DNA of 64,000 bases from Vitrella brassicaformis CCMP3155 (lineage: Eukaryota > Protista > Chromerida). The notes beneath the pieces are model-generated. The model was not told the origin of the DNA and ran no database searches. It saw only the letters and a list, made by a program, of their open reading frames with translations. Below are positions 39,823 through 53,198 of the stretch, piece by piece. Position 1 is the first letter of the stretch. Every line of letters starts with the position of its first letter. The stretch covers positions 1 through 64,000 of the forward strand of contig CDMY01000336.1 in the NCBI GenBank assembly GCA_001179505.1, written 5' to 3'. Position numbers and translations under genes: made by a program.

Positions 39823-40226
39823 TCTTGCTGTGAGGGTGAGTGAGAAACCAACGAGGGCGAGAACAATGCCTTGCGACACTCGGTCAAGATTCGGCCGAAA
39901 GATGAAGCGCCGTACTCTCCAGGAGGCCTCTGCCAGGCTCCTCTCCCCCTCTGTTTCCTCTTCCCTCTCCCTTCGCTTGCGAGCTCTGTGCTCCCTTTCC
40001 CCCGATCGACTTCGCGCCAAGCAACGAGATTTCGAGATCCCAGCGTTTGGATGGCATTGGCATCCACGTGTGGCACCCCTTCGATGCACCGAAAGCGGCC
40101 GATTCACGAAACCAAGCGTGTTCTGTTCATCGACTCATCTGACGAGGGTGGTTGCGGCGTCTAAACCACGTGACACGGCTTCACATGTCAGCAACAACGT
40201 TCTTCCCCCCTGAGTGATTCCATCCG
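39823..40226. promoter_or_regulatory. Putative bidirectional promoter WBP4/CDPK7
   Basis: ~400 bp head-to-head gap with TGCGAGCT at 39978. Confidence 0.5.
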
Positions 40227-43200
40227 ATGGGCAGCGCACTGTCAACCAAGCGTTCGCAGGCCATCTATCGCGGCTTGTCGAGTCGGCTGACCAAGTGGTT
40301 CCGCGGCGACCGGCAGGGCAGCGGCCTGTCGGTGTTGAAGAGCATCTTCAAGGAGCTGGCGTCGCACTCGCGCTCCAAGAACCAGACGGTGGACAAGGAG
40401 ACCTTCCTGAGGTACTTCCCCCTGCCGGGCATGCTGGGCGAGCGGCTGTTCGCCGTCTTTGATAAGGACAAAAACGAGGGAATCGACTTCCAGGTATGGA
40501 TAGCAGCAATCAGGACACCGCAGGTCCGTCCATCCGGACACTGATTGTTTCCATGCGCGCGCGCGTGTGTGTGTGTGTGTCAGGAGTTTTTCACCGGGTT
40601 GGCGCTCATTTACCACGGAAGCCCTGACGAGAAGAAGAAATTCCTATTCGACATGTGCGTGAATCTCTGGGGGACAGACACATGAAAGGGGGACGGTGGG
40701 TGACGTGGCGTGTTGTGTGTTGGTAGGTATGACTTGGATGAAAATGGGTACATCACTCGGGAGGAGCTGTACACGATGCTGACGCACATCCCCGCGGCCT
40801 TCAAGATCCTCGACGCGTCGCTCCACGCAGAGGGCCACGGGGCCACAGCGCACTTCCCTCAGTGGCAGCAGGTATGCACAGACAGACATAGAAATGTGCG
40901 CGTGTGCCGCCATGAATGGAATGTGTCCACCGTCTGTGTGTGTCAGGATGAGAGCCTCACCGAGTCAGATCCCGACCTGCAGACGCGCATCGATGACATC
41001 GTCGAAGGCGCATTCTTGGACAAAGGTGGGTGGCGTGGATTGGGGGGGCAGGTGGAGGGCAATCAAGGGCGCCGCGGTGCTGGATCTCCTTCTGTATGGT
41101 TGCTTGCTCAGATGAGACGAGCAACGGCCTGGCCTTCGACGAGTTCTGCCGCATTGTGCAGAAGTCGCCAGAGATACTCGAGGTAGGTGATGGTGTTGAT
41201 GCCTGGTTCAACATATCACTTCATTCTTGTGTCTGCCCGTGTGTGCAGATGATGAACATTTTCTATGACGAGGCGATGCCCGAGATGCCCCCCATCCCCT
41301 CCCACTCCTCCCCCCAGGCGTCAGCGCCCAACATCGCACGATCCCTCTCGCTCCACACCAACGACAAGCCCGCTAACACCAGACACAAGGCCGCCGTCGA
41401 CCGACTCAAGTCGGGCAGGTCCATCACGTTCACGTCCGGCGAGGACGCCAGCCAGGCCAGCCAGGCTGAGCCGCCCTCGCCGCCCTTCCTCCCCGCCACC
41501 CCTCCCTCTTTCATCGCGTGTACCTTCTCCCCCCTCACGTCCCCCACGGCCAGGAAGGACCACGCGGCTTTATTGGAGCCTGGCGGTGGCGGTGGTGGTG
41601 GTGGTGCTGGGCACGGCCACCACCTGGGCACGGCCACTGCCAGCTGGGGACACATGGGCGGGCTAGGGAGTGCCAGCTCACAGATGTCCCGGACACCGCC
41701 CGCACCCTCTTCGTCGGATGACGGCACTCTCTCTGCGCCACGGTGAGCGTTGCAGGAAGGACGAAGGACACCATGAGAATGCATTCGTGTGTTGGTGTTA
41801 TGGCTGGAGCGGTCAGGTCTCCGATGGCCACTCCCTCTTCGCCCCACTTCACCTGCATCATGTGCAAAACAGAGCTGCTGGCGTCCCTCAACCACTGCCC
41901 ACGGTGCGGCTCCGCACTCTCCGCCAACCAGGCCGCCGACTACTTCTGCGAGTCGTGCAACTGGTCGCTCCGGGAAATCCGCTACTGCTTCGTGTGTGGC
42001 CAGCCACTGCAGCCCAACCTGATATCGGCACAGTATGGGGCGGGGGGGCCGGCAGCGTCGCGGGAGTCACCGCAGCCGACGTACGCGTCCCTGCCGTCGG
42101 TTGGGGCCCAGTCTGGTGGCACCAATGGGAGCGGCAACGGGGTGTCGCCGTCGCACTCGCAGTCCTTCACCGCAGTCAGGAGAAGCGACTCGGTCAGTGA
42201 GTGGGCAACTTGGTGGGGGACAAGAGATCTATGCCCACCCACCATGTCATGTGAAGATATGTGGATCTGTGTGTGTGGTTGGATGGGGGTGGTCGATGGC
42301 TGGTTCAGCGGGTGTTGCGTACTCGTACGGAGGAGTGTGTCATGCAGACTGAGGGGGACATGTCAGGATGGCTGTCGAAAGGTACGGTTACGGTACACGT
42401 GAGTGTGTAGGGCTGCGTGTGGCTGGTCAGTGGACGGACGGCGCGCATGTGTATCTTTCTTTGTGTTTATGTGTGTGCTGTGCTGTGCTCCTGACTGACA
42501 GTTGGTCAGAAGCTGGGCATGATGAAGCAGCGGTACTTTGTACTCAGAGACCGACTCCTTTACTGTAAACCACACACACACACACACACACACATCCCCC
42601 AGATGGCGCTTTGCTTACGGGTGTGGTTTCCCTCACTCAGACTACGCCAGCGACAGGGACAGGTTGCCCAGAGGCGTCATCTTTGTGTCGGGCTCCTACG
42701 TGCGCGCCCATAGGAGCGACGACGCCTCCAAGAGACTGGGCATCGAAATCAAAAGCCCGGTGCGTGTGTGTGTTCTGCCTGCGTGGCCAAAGAGCAGAGC
42801 AAACAATGAGTGCATCTTGCTTCCTTCGTGTGGTGTTGTGTGTTGTGTTGTGTGTGGCGTGGTCAGAACGAACGCGTTCGGTATCTGTACTGCAACTCTG
42901 CTCAAGGTAAGGAGCTCAGCTCCACACACGCAAATGCCATATGTGTGTGGTGTGGTACATGTATGTGTTTGTGTCTGCAGATCGGGAGGAGTGGGTGCAG
43001 GCGCTCGTCAAGGCGTCCAAGTCTGTGTCGATACATGAGTTCTACTCACTCAAGGTAAGGTTCCTAACCTACACACACACGAATGGGCGGCCGGCGGGGC
43101 GGCGTGCACTGCACCGATCTGATCCCCATCTGTGTTGCGCGTGTGTGTGTGCAGGAGAAGATCGGCCGCGGCAAGTACGGAGAGGTGTACAAAGCTGTAC

Positions 43201-45518
43201 ATAAAGCCACACGTACGCCAACTCACCGACCAACACCACAACACACACACCCATCGTATCGTTGGCCTGCGGCGTATGTATGTGCATTTATTTGGTCGTT
43301 CATGGCTGGCTGGGTTGGCTGCAGTGTCTGAGGTGGCGGTGAAGATCCTGCCCAAGACGTCGATGAACGAGGCTGAGCGGGAGTACCTGCGGATGGAGGT
43401 CGCCATCCTCAAGCTCGTCCAGCACCCACACATCGTCAAGCTCCTCGACATATTCGAAACATCCGAACACCTCTACTTGGGTGAGTGAGTGAGTCCATGG
43501 TGTACCTGACACACACACAGGGATCACACGGCATGGCATCGTATCGTCATGTATGCTGTCTGTTGGGCTGCCTGCCTGCCTGCCCCAGTGATGGAGCATT
43601 TCCCGGCTGGCGACCTGGCTGAGTGGATCTACCAGATGCGCACAAAGGAGGGCAAAAGGTGGGTGTGTCAGCATTGGGTGGGCTGAGTGACTGGCACCCG
43701 TCATGGCTGCCGCGGCCGTGTCCGCTGTGTCTGTCTGCAGGCGTCTGCCCGAGAGGGTGGCCCAGCGGATCATCAAGAGGGTCCTGTCGGCACTCAGATA
43801 CCTCCACTCCAGAGGAATTACACACAGGCAAGCCAAGCACGGAATTCATACATACAAGCACCACAGAAGACGTTGTGTGAGGGACCAAGGTGTGTTTCGC
43901 TCATCCCACGCCCACTACAGGGACCTGAAGCCCGAGAACATCCTCTTGGTGACGTCCCGAACGGTCTTCTGCTGCTCGCCGAACCGCCTCACTCGCGCGG
44001 GCACGTCGCCAACCCACGCAGAGACGGGCGGGGGAGGGGCGGCTGACCGCTTCAAGGACGCCATCCCTGCGGCCATGGACGAGTCCGAGGCCGCCCGCCA
44101 CGAGCACGAGTTCTCGTTCAGTGCCCACGGCACCAAGCCCAGTATCGGCATCGACGAGTCCATCATCCGCATGGCCGCTGATTCGGGACGGGGTGAGGGA
44201 GGGGGGTCGGCTGGAGGGGCGGCGTCGTCCAGCTCTTCTTCGTCCCCCGCGCCGTCGCGCGAGACCACCGACGGGGGGCCAAACCGCGTCCCCCCCACCC
44301 CGCCCCCAGCCAGCACTACCAACCACCTCTCCATCCCTCTCCCGCACAGCCAGGCCTCACCCGTCAGCTCGCCCACTCCGTCCCCCATGGCGAGCAGCAG
44401 CCAGGGCTTCGTTTCCTCACCCACACCCACACCACTGTCGCCATCATTTGGTGCGGGGTTCGGGCAGTCCCCCGGTGCTTCTGCTGGGGATGGTGATGAT
44501 GGTGAGGGCGGGGAGGAGGCGACGGGAGACGAGATTCTCGACATCAAACTGACCGACTTCGGATTATCGAAGATACAGGGTGGGTGCCGAAGGGGGAGGG
44601 GAGGAAGGAGGGGAAGGCGTATCGTCCACTGGCCCATTCGTGTGTGGTCTCTTTCCCATCGTCTGTGGATGTGCGCAGCTCCAACCCGGCAGATGAGCGA
44701 GAGTTTGGGGACGCTGAGCTATGCTGCGCCCGAGATCATCTTGGGCAAGCCGTACGACAGCCGGGTGGACATCTGGAGCACCGGCGTCATCGCCTACTGG
44801 CTCCTCAGCGGCGAGCTGCCCTTCCAGGGCGACGACGACCAGAGCATCGCCGAGTGAGCAGTCTCGTGTGGCAGCAACGAGTGGATGCACGTATGTATGT
44901 GGGCTTGGCTGTGTGTGGAACAATTTCAGGGCGACTGTCCGTTGTGAGTATCGTTTCGACACTGACGACTGGGCGGGCGTCTCAGATACAGCCAAGGTGA
45001 GCGAGCCAAGACGTACACGCTCACGCTCTCGATGTTTCGGCTTGGCTTGCCTTGCCTTGCCGCAGGAGTTTGTGAGTCTGTTGCTGAAGCGTTGGTCCAA
45101 GGACCGTCCCACGTGCGAGCAGTCCCTTCAGCACCGGTGGATCCACGAAGGCTCCCCCACCATGCGACGCTCCCGCACAGCCGGGGCCGACCCCGCCACA
45201 CACTCGCTCCACCTGCTCCCCCCCGCCCCTCCCTCACCTGCTAGTGCCGCCTCGTCCGGCGGGGACTCACGCAAACATTCCCCCGTCGTCTCCACACACC
45301 CCTCGGGCATCCCCAAGTCGCCACAGCGGCACAAGAACCACCACAACCGGGGCGGCCTCCTGCCGACGCCATCTCCAAAGGCGGATAGTGCTGTGCTGCC
45401 ACTGGGGGAGAGGGAGGAGGTGGCACAGGTACATGACCCGCAGCAGGGGCAGGGGAGTGAGTCTGACTATCGGGTTATGGTGACGGCCCCGCCCCAGTCG
45501 CCCCAGATGCGCAAGTAG
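40227..45518 (+). CDS. CDPK7: CDPK7-like kinase: N-terminal EF-hands, double zinc ribbon, PH domain, CAMK-family kinase
   Basis: FDKDKNEGIDFQEF and YDLDENGYITREEL EF-hands; PH (KQRYFVLRDRLL...PRGVIFV...EEWVQAL); IGRGKYGEVY, VAVK, HRDLKPEN, DFG, GTLSYAAPE, DIWSTGV; architecture matches apicomplexan CDPK7. Confidence 0.88.
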
Positions 45519-46468
45519 ATGGTGCTTGATGGCCAGATTGGCTGGTGGGGTGTTTTATGCGTGTCTGTGGGTGGGTGGCTGTGTGGGTATTTGTAAGGGG
45601 GGGGGGGAAGAGGAGATGTGGCGCCTGTTGGTCTGTCTGCCTGCCTGCCTGCCTGCCTGCTGCGGCGGCGTTTAGTAGTGGGCAGGGCAGGTTCGTTGGT
45701 TGGTCATTGGTTGGTCGGTACGATCACGATTGGTAGCGATACTGATAGATAAGTGTACGAGTAAGTCGGTATACGTAGGATAACTGAGTGCCTCCACACA
45801 CACATAACATACACACACGTCGCACACCTTCATCGGGCCGCTCCGCTACTCCATGTACATTTATGTTCGTAAGTGCACGTCGCGTCACGTAAGTGACCAT
45901 TTTGACATGAATGGATGATACACTCACTCAGTACACAGACAGTAAGGACAATGACCCTTCCTCCCCTCTCCCCCTCTCAGACATCCCTTTTCCCCTCCTT
46001 TGTTTGCCTGTCGACCGCACATGCGCATGCGACACGTACGTGTACGTAGGACAGAAAGATCGACTGCTGTATGATCATGATCAAATGGCGTCTGTGTCTC
46101 TGTGTGCGCATGGGACACCACACCGATCCATCAACTGATGGATCTGGATGGATGGATGGGTGGAGTCTCATGGCCATGTGTGTGAGTCAACATCTTACCC
46201 ACGTGCAAGTTTCTGCAATTGTCACGACATTCCCGCAGCAGAATGTAGCCAACGAATGTGGCACGGCATGGCGCATGTAGAGAAGAGACACGGTCGCGAC
46301 AATGCAGGTCGGGAAACATCTCGACGGATATAAAATGTAAGCAGCGATACTCTTGGTGGCTCGCCCTGCTTCTGCTGCAACTGCCTTATGTCCAACATAA
46401 CAAACGAGAAACAGACATGCATTTGGCACATCACCCCAGTCTTGTGTGTCGATGTGCCTTCTTCTCAC

Positions 46469-46935
46469 CTTGTGCATGACGCCACTCGCTGACGGCCTCA
46501 TGATGAGCAGCTGGTTCTCATCTTCATCTTCAGACGGAGGCGGCTCTAGCGCCGGTGAAGGCTGATGTCTCCTCCCTTCCTCTAGCACCCGAAATCCTTG
46601 AATGTTGACGTAGTGGTTGCGGCGCATGTCGGGTGGCTGGCCCGCCCTCTTCCTCGCCCGCTCGACCTTCAAGCGCAGCCCCCGAAAATCCCAGCTCTCC
46701 CGTAGGCGGCGCACTTCGGCTTTGACATAATACTTGCCCCCTCCCCCAACACGAAAGGGCTCCGCCAGCACAAGGAAAGCCTGGGAGTCGCTGGTCATGA
46801 TGTGGGCTTTCAGGCCCTTGAAGGCGGCGGCCTTGTGGAAGGCGGCGTGGAGGGCGGCAGGGCAGGAATCCTCGTCGTCCATACCAGACGACGGCATCCC
46901 TGAGGAACGAGTCACGTTGTCGTCGTTGTCAGACG
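46469..46935 (-). CDS. Tandem-array copy 1 core exon (frame intact); unknown, possibly degenerate RRM
   Basis: MPSSGMDDEDSCPAALHAAFHKAAAFKGLKAHIMTSDSQAFLVLAEPFRVGGGGKYYVKAEVRRLRESWDFRGLRLKVERARKR. Confidence 0.6.
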
Positions 46936-47755
46936 CTGCACATATTATATGGACGGCACAAGGATAGTCAATCAGATATGTGTTGTTGTGTTGCAATGAG
47001 TTGTTCTCCTGACTTGTGAGAGGCGCCCTCAAACCTGACGAATGAACCAATTTGGGCTCACCGGCTGCCTCCTTTTTGCGTGTTCGTGTCTCTATCTGTC
47101 GCCTGCCCACCCGCCTCTGTGTGGCCCGTCTGTCTTTGGGCGATGTGAGTACGGTGCCGTCTCCCTCCCTCGTTGTCCATCTCGAATAGCCATCGGCACG
47201 AGGGGGGCCTTCGACCCTGGCGAAGAGGTCTTTCTTCTGCTTCTTCTGAGGAGGAAAGAAGAAATGGGCGCGGCAGAATATCAAAAGAAAAATCCAAGCG
47301 AATATAAAATGCAGGCGGCGATTGAGGCCGCGTCGGCCTCCTGTGGCTCCACCAGACACACAGATGAAGGGAGACACAATGAATGAATGGATCATCACAC
47401 GGCAATACGCATCTCTGTGTTTGTGTGTGACCACCGCCTCCCAACTCACCGCTGACGGGCTTCACGGGAGTCGCATGGCCTGGCTCAGCTCCTGTATGAA
47501 CGCCATGTGCACCACGTCCGGCCGAACATAGCCCTGCCGCAGTCGGCGAAGGAGGACAGGCATATGGTGTGTATCCATACGTGTGTGTCTGTATGTGTGT
47601 TGCTTACGATTCGGACAGCGGCAATGCGGTCGACCTGTTGGCAGAGCTTGGGAGTGCTCCTCTTCTCGTCATCCTGACACATAACAAAAGAAGAGCAGAC
47701 ATGCACTTGGCACATCACCCCAGTTCCTGTGTGTGTCGATGTGCCTTCTTCTCAC

Positions 47756-48210
47756 CTTGTGCATGGCGCCACTCGATGACGGCCTCGTTGCTAGCAGCTG
47801 GTTCTCATCATCAGAGTCTGACGATGACGGTGGCTGGGGGCTGCGGGTCTGACCGTCCGGTAGCTGCTGATGTCCCCTCCCTCCCTCTAGCACCCGAAAT
47901 CCTTGAATGTTGAAATAGTGGTTGCGGCGCATGTCGGGTGGCTGGCCCGCTCGACCTTCAAGCGCAGCCCCCGAAAATCCCAGCTCTCCCTTACGCGGCG
48001 CACCTCGGCGCTGACGTGCCCCAGCACGAAAGGGTCCCGCCAGCACGAGGAAGGCCTGGGAGTCGCTGGTGATGATGTGGGCTTTCAGGCCCTTGAAGGC
48101 GGCGGCCTTGTGGAAGGAGGCGTGGAGGGCGGCAGGGCAGGAGTCCTCGTCGTTCATGCCGGACGACGGCATCCCTGAGGAACGAGTCACGTTGTCGTCG
48201 TTGTCAGACG
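47756..48210 (-). CDS. Tandem-array copy 2 core exon (14-nt + 16-nt deletions, frame restored)
   Basis: Alignment to copies 1 and 4; ORF reads through with a scrambled GARQRRGAPRKGELGFSGAALEG segment. Confidence 0.55.
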
Positions 48211-49006
48211 CTGCACATATTATATGGACAGCACAAGGACATTCAATCAGATATGTGTTGTTGTGTTGCAATGAGTTGTTCTCCTGACTCTCGAGAGGCG
48301 CAGCGGGTGGTGGCTCAACAGCCATGGGCGACCGAGAGGCTCCCAACATCGACACACCTGGCGTACCACACACCGCACACCACACACCCGCATGCACGAG
48401 AGTGCAATGCATGCCGCGCCCTTCAATATCTTCCTACGCTTCTCCTGGTTGACGGCAGGTGGACGGTGATGGATGGGGGCCTGCAACACACACACATACA
48501 CATGCACATGCACATACACGCACACACACACACCCACACACAAGTGACCGACCTGGAGGCACCGCTCCGATGGCCCTGCAGTGCAGCACACACAACAAGT
48601 GGAGACAACAATCATGGTTGCAGGTCGGTTTGTCGGTGTCTGGTCGGTTTGTTTGATGTGACCTGAGCATCTTGAAGAGAAGTCAGTCGACGTCGCAGCT
48701 GCCTGTTGAGCCCTCGGCCTTCCGCTCCCGCTTTCTTCCAGCCGTCTCACACTGAGTCTCCTTCTCTGCACCACACAAACAAACAAACAAACAAACACAG
48801 TTTGGCCTCACTGTTCCTCCATCCCTCCATCCGCCCGTGCCACGCTGCCCGTCTTTTTTCAGCCCTTCTGACCTTCCTCTTCCAGTAGCCGGCCCTCAGT
48901 GTGTGCCTGCAGTCACTCATTGACGAGCAAGTCACGTATCAGAGGAGCAGACATGCACTTGGCGCACCACCCAGTTCTTGTGTGTGTCGATGTGCCTTCT
49001 TCTCAC

Positions 49007-49457
49007 CTTCTGCACGAGGCCTCCCGCTGACGGCCTCGTTGCTAGCAGCTGGTTCTCATCATCAGACGATGACGGTGGCTGGCGGCTGCGGGTCTGACCG
49101 TCCTTGCTCGCTGAGGGGCCACCGTCGTCGATCTCGGGCGGCATGGCGATCTCCGGTAGCTGCTGTCCCCTCCCCCCCTCCAGCACCCGAAATCCTTCAA
49201 TGTCGACGTAATGGTTGTGGCGCATGTCGGGTGGCTGGCCCGCCCTCTTCCTCGCCCGCTCGACCTTCAAGCGCAGCTTTAAAAAATCCCAGCTCTCCCT
49301 TACGCGGCGCACCTCGGCGCTGACGTGCCCCAGCACGAAAGGGTCCCGCCAGCACGAGGAAGGCCTGGGAGTCGCTGGTGATGATGTGGGCTTTCAGGCC
49401 CTTGAAGGCGGCGGCCTTGTGGAAGGCGGCGTGGAGGGCGGCAGGGCAGGAGTCCTC
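49007..49457 (-). pseudogene. Tandem-array copy 3 core exon (14-nt deletion only, frameshifted); 5' end lies in the gap
   Basis: Same 14-nt deletion as copy 2 but the 16-nt segment is retained. Confidence 0.6.
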
Positions 49458-49757
49458 NNNNNNNNNNNNNNNNNNNNNNNNNNNNNNNNNNNNNNNNNNN
49501 NNNNNNNNNNNNNNNNNNNNNNNNNNNNNNNNNNNNNNNNNNNNNNNNNNNNNNNNNNNNNNNNNNNNNNNNNNNNNNNNNNNNNNNNNNNNNNNNNNNN
49601 NNNNNNNNNNNNNNNNNNNNNNNNNNNNNNNNNNNNNNNNNNNNNNNNNNNNNNNNNNNNNNNNNNNNNNNNNNNNNNNNNNNNNNNNNNNNNNNNNNNN
49701 NNNNNNNNNNNNNNNNNNNNNNNNNNNNNNNNNNNNNNNNNNNNNNNNNNNNNNNNN
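49458..49757. other. Assembly gap (300 N) inside the tandem array
   Basis: Run of N; flanks match 48148 and 48566, so ~417 bp is implied. Confidence 1.
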
Positions 49758-50197
49758 TCCGATGGCCCTGCAGTGCAGCACACACAACAAGTGGAGACAA
49801 CAATCATGGTTGCAGGTCGGTTTGTCGGTGTCTGGTCGGTTTGTTTGATGTGACCTGAGCATCTTGAAGAGAAGTCAGTCGACGTCGCAGCTGCCTGTTG
49901 AGCCCTCGGCCTTCCGCTGCCGCTTTCTCCCAGCCGTCTCACACTGAGTCTCCTTCTCTGCACCACACAAACAAACAAACAAACAAACAAAGTTTGGCCT
50001 CACTGTTCCTCCATCCCTCCATCCGCCCGTGCCACGCTGCCCGTCTTTTCCAGCCCTTCTGACCTTCCTCTTCCAGTAGCCGGCCCTCAGTGTGTGCCTG
50101 CAGTCACTCATTGGCGAGCAAGTCACGTATCAGAGGAGCAGACATGCACTTGGCGCACCACCCAGTTCTTGTGTGTGTCGATGTGCCTTCTTCTCAC

Positions 50198-50700
50198 CTT
50201 CTGCACGAGGCCTCCCGCTGACGGCCTCGTTGCTAGCAGCTGGTTCTCATCATCAGACGAAGACGGTGGCTGGCGGCTGCGGGTCTGACCGTCCTTGCGC
50301 ACTGGGAGGGCATGGCGATCTCCGGTAGCTGCTGATGTCCCCTCCCTCCCTCCCTCTAGCACCCGAAACCCTTCAATGTCGACGTAGTGGTTGTGTCGCA
50401 TGTCGGGTGGCTGGCCCGCCCTCTTCCTCGCCCGCTTGACCTTCAACCGCAGCCCCCGAAAATCCCAGCTCTCCCGTTGGCGGCGCACCTCGGCTTGGAC
50501 GTAGTATTTGCCCCCTCCCGCAACACGAAAGGGCCCCGCGAGCACGCGGAAGGCCTGGGAGTCGCTGGTGATGATGTGCGCTTTCAGGCCCTTGAAAGCG
50601 GCGGCCTTGTGGAAGGCGGCGTGGAGGGCGGCAGGGCAGGAGTCCTCGTCGTGCATGCCGGACGACGGCATGCGTGAGGACAGAGACGCGTTGTCGTCTC
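50198..50700 (-). CDS. Tandem-array copy 4 core exon (frame intact)
   Basis: ORF 50123..50671 homologous to copy 1. Confidence 0.6.
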
Positions 50701-51419
50701 GTCTTCAGGCGAGAATTCGCTCTCAATAACTTAAAAGTTACCCAGGAAGTGGCATATTCAGTACTGAAAGATGAAGGGTGCTGAAGACAACGTAAGGAAC
50801 AGCCACCATGTGAGCCCATCGATGGGCACACCAGGTCCTCTCTTCCTGACAGTGTTTTGCCCCGACGTACCTCACTTTGCGCCACACCGCTGTCATCCCC
50901 GCACGTCCAGGGCGCTTCGTCACACTGCGTGCCCCGGGTCAGGGGCGGTCAGCTGGACTCCTCCTCTTCTTGAAACAAGCTTTGAAATGGCGAGTAGTGG
51001 GGGCTGCGTGGGCCTCGGGCAGGTGGCGCCCGACCACTCCCGCCGAAAGGTGAGAAGAAAGGGAGGAGCGACGAGGCGAGCAGTGAGAAATGAGAAGAGG
51101 TGGCTGGAAAGTGTCGGTTTCATCTTTCAAGAATCGTCTCGTGTAAATTCTCGTTGCGATTTCTCGCCGCAAGCTAGCGGCTTGTTGCCGCGCCACGCCG
51201 AATCGTCTTTTCGTGCACCCGGTTCAATGCATTGTCCCAAATCCACACTGACCGCACTCTGCCTGCCTGAGTCTGTCAACTTATGGACGAGCAACACGCG
51301 GACAGCCAGCTCGATATTGACCGTTCCCGGACGGACAACAGTCTCTCAATGATCCATGATCGAACATAGCGCGCGCGACGCAATCCTGTACACACGCACC
51401 CGCCCCTTTCTCTCGTCTC

Positions 51420-53198
51420 TCACTCACTCCCAGCTGGTGGTGGCGCCTCAGCCGCCATGGCCTCTCCATCTTTGTCTTTGGGCTCCTCACTCATCGGCAC
51501 AACGTCCACATCCACATCTACATCCATCTCTGCAGGCTCCTCCTCTGGCTTGGGCTGCACGCCGTCCGTGCCCGCCCCGGGGGGCTGCTGCTGTGGCTGT
51601 GGCTGTGGCTGTTGCTGCTGTTGTTGGGTCTGCTGCGAATCGAGCTGGTAGGGCGGCGCCTTGGCGGCCTCGAGGCGCTTCAGGGCGGCCTCCCACTTGT
51701 CCTTGTACGCTGGATCCTTGGTGCAGCCGGGGCAATACCTGCACAGCACACATACACAAGGTGAATGGATGAAGGAGGACTGTCCTCTACGGTTTGGTGT
51801 GCGGCTGGGCTACCACTGGGAGTTCTCGTCGGGTGCGACCTCCACCCCAACACACGAGAAGTGAAACCACTCACCAAACTTACACTGACGACACACACAC
51901 GCACAAGGACACAGTCTACTCCTGCTGTGAGGCTGCTGTGTGTGTGTGTGTGTGTGGCTTGACGCACGTCGACTTTCTCGCACTGGATCATGTTGCCCTC
52001 AGACGGCTGCACACACACACGGACGTTACTTGATCGGTCTTGAATGTCTTCGATGTTCTTGTCACCTTTTGGCAGAAGCAGTATAGCGGCTCTGGCTGTG
52101 CGGCGCCACCCGACCTCTGGTCCCCCTCACCGGCCCTAAACAGAAACCCCCAACACACCCGCACGGCCAGACAAAAAAAGTTCAGAACGTGCCGGCGGCC
52201 TGTGTAAGTCGATGTGCTTACGGTTGTGGCGGCAGGGCCCTCCCTCCCTTGTGGTCACCACCCCTTCTGCTCCACCGATGCCCCCTCTCCCTGTCCCTCT
52301 CGTGGCGGTCATCCCCATCCCTGTCGTGTTTGTCCCTCTTTTTCCTCCTGTGCAGCCGTCCCGGCTCGCCGTGGTGTCGATGATAGCGTCGCTCCATGGC
52401 ACCGCCCATAGCTGGGGGAATCAAGCCTTCAAGAGGGGAGACCCATGCGCCCGCCCGCCCCGCCAACCTACCTTGCTTCCTACCTTCCTGCCTCACTGCC
52501 TCAATAGCTGCCTGACTGGCTGGCTGGCTGGCTGGCTGGATGCTTGCATGCACACATGCATTGTGTGGGATGAGTCACCTTGGCCGTCGCCATAGGGATG
52601 AAGATTCATGCGGGCGTTCAGGTCGCGAACTCTCCTCGTTAACTGAGAAGAAGAACGGCAAGCGGACACACACACACACACACACACAGGGTGTTGTGTT
52701 GTGTGTTCTGCGAGAGCCTGCGCTGCGTGAGTGTGTGGTTGCATCCCTTCGTACCTCGTCGAGCAGCCCATGGATGATGTACAGCCTCTGGCGTTGGTAG
52801 TTGTTGATGCGTGTCTTCATCTGCTCCAGCTCCTCGAGCTGCTCTATGTCGTCGCGTCGGTAGTCGCCGAACTCCACGTCACGCCCAGCCGCCTTGACGG
52901 CCTGGAACCGCCGGAGGTGCTCATCCCACACCTCCCTCTGCCTCCGCTCACACGCCTCCAGCTCCTCGTGAAGCCGACGGTCCGTGTCGATGACAGTCGA
53001 TATCGACTCGGGGTTGATGAAGGGGAACTGACCCAGATCCGTCAGGATGCCAATCAACTCACTGCTCGCCATGGCTGCTGGGTGGGATGCTGCAGCGGTG
53101 GCATCGGCGGCTCCTGTGGGCGATTCCTGCTTTGGGACGCCAGATGCACTCGTGGCAGCGAGTGAGGTGATCTCGACGAGCGGCTGCGATGCTGCCAT
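51420..53198 (-). CDS. ING: ING (inhibitor of growth) family PHD-finger protein
   Basis: N-terminal helical domain; spliced [36 protein letters not shown]...W-YCPGC is an ING-type C4HC3 PHD. Confidence 0.85.

Noticed and set aside
50771-51352. 193-aa plus-strand ORF upstream of the tandem array
   Set aside because: No motif or compositional support; more likely the promoter or 5' region of array copy 4
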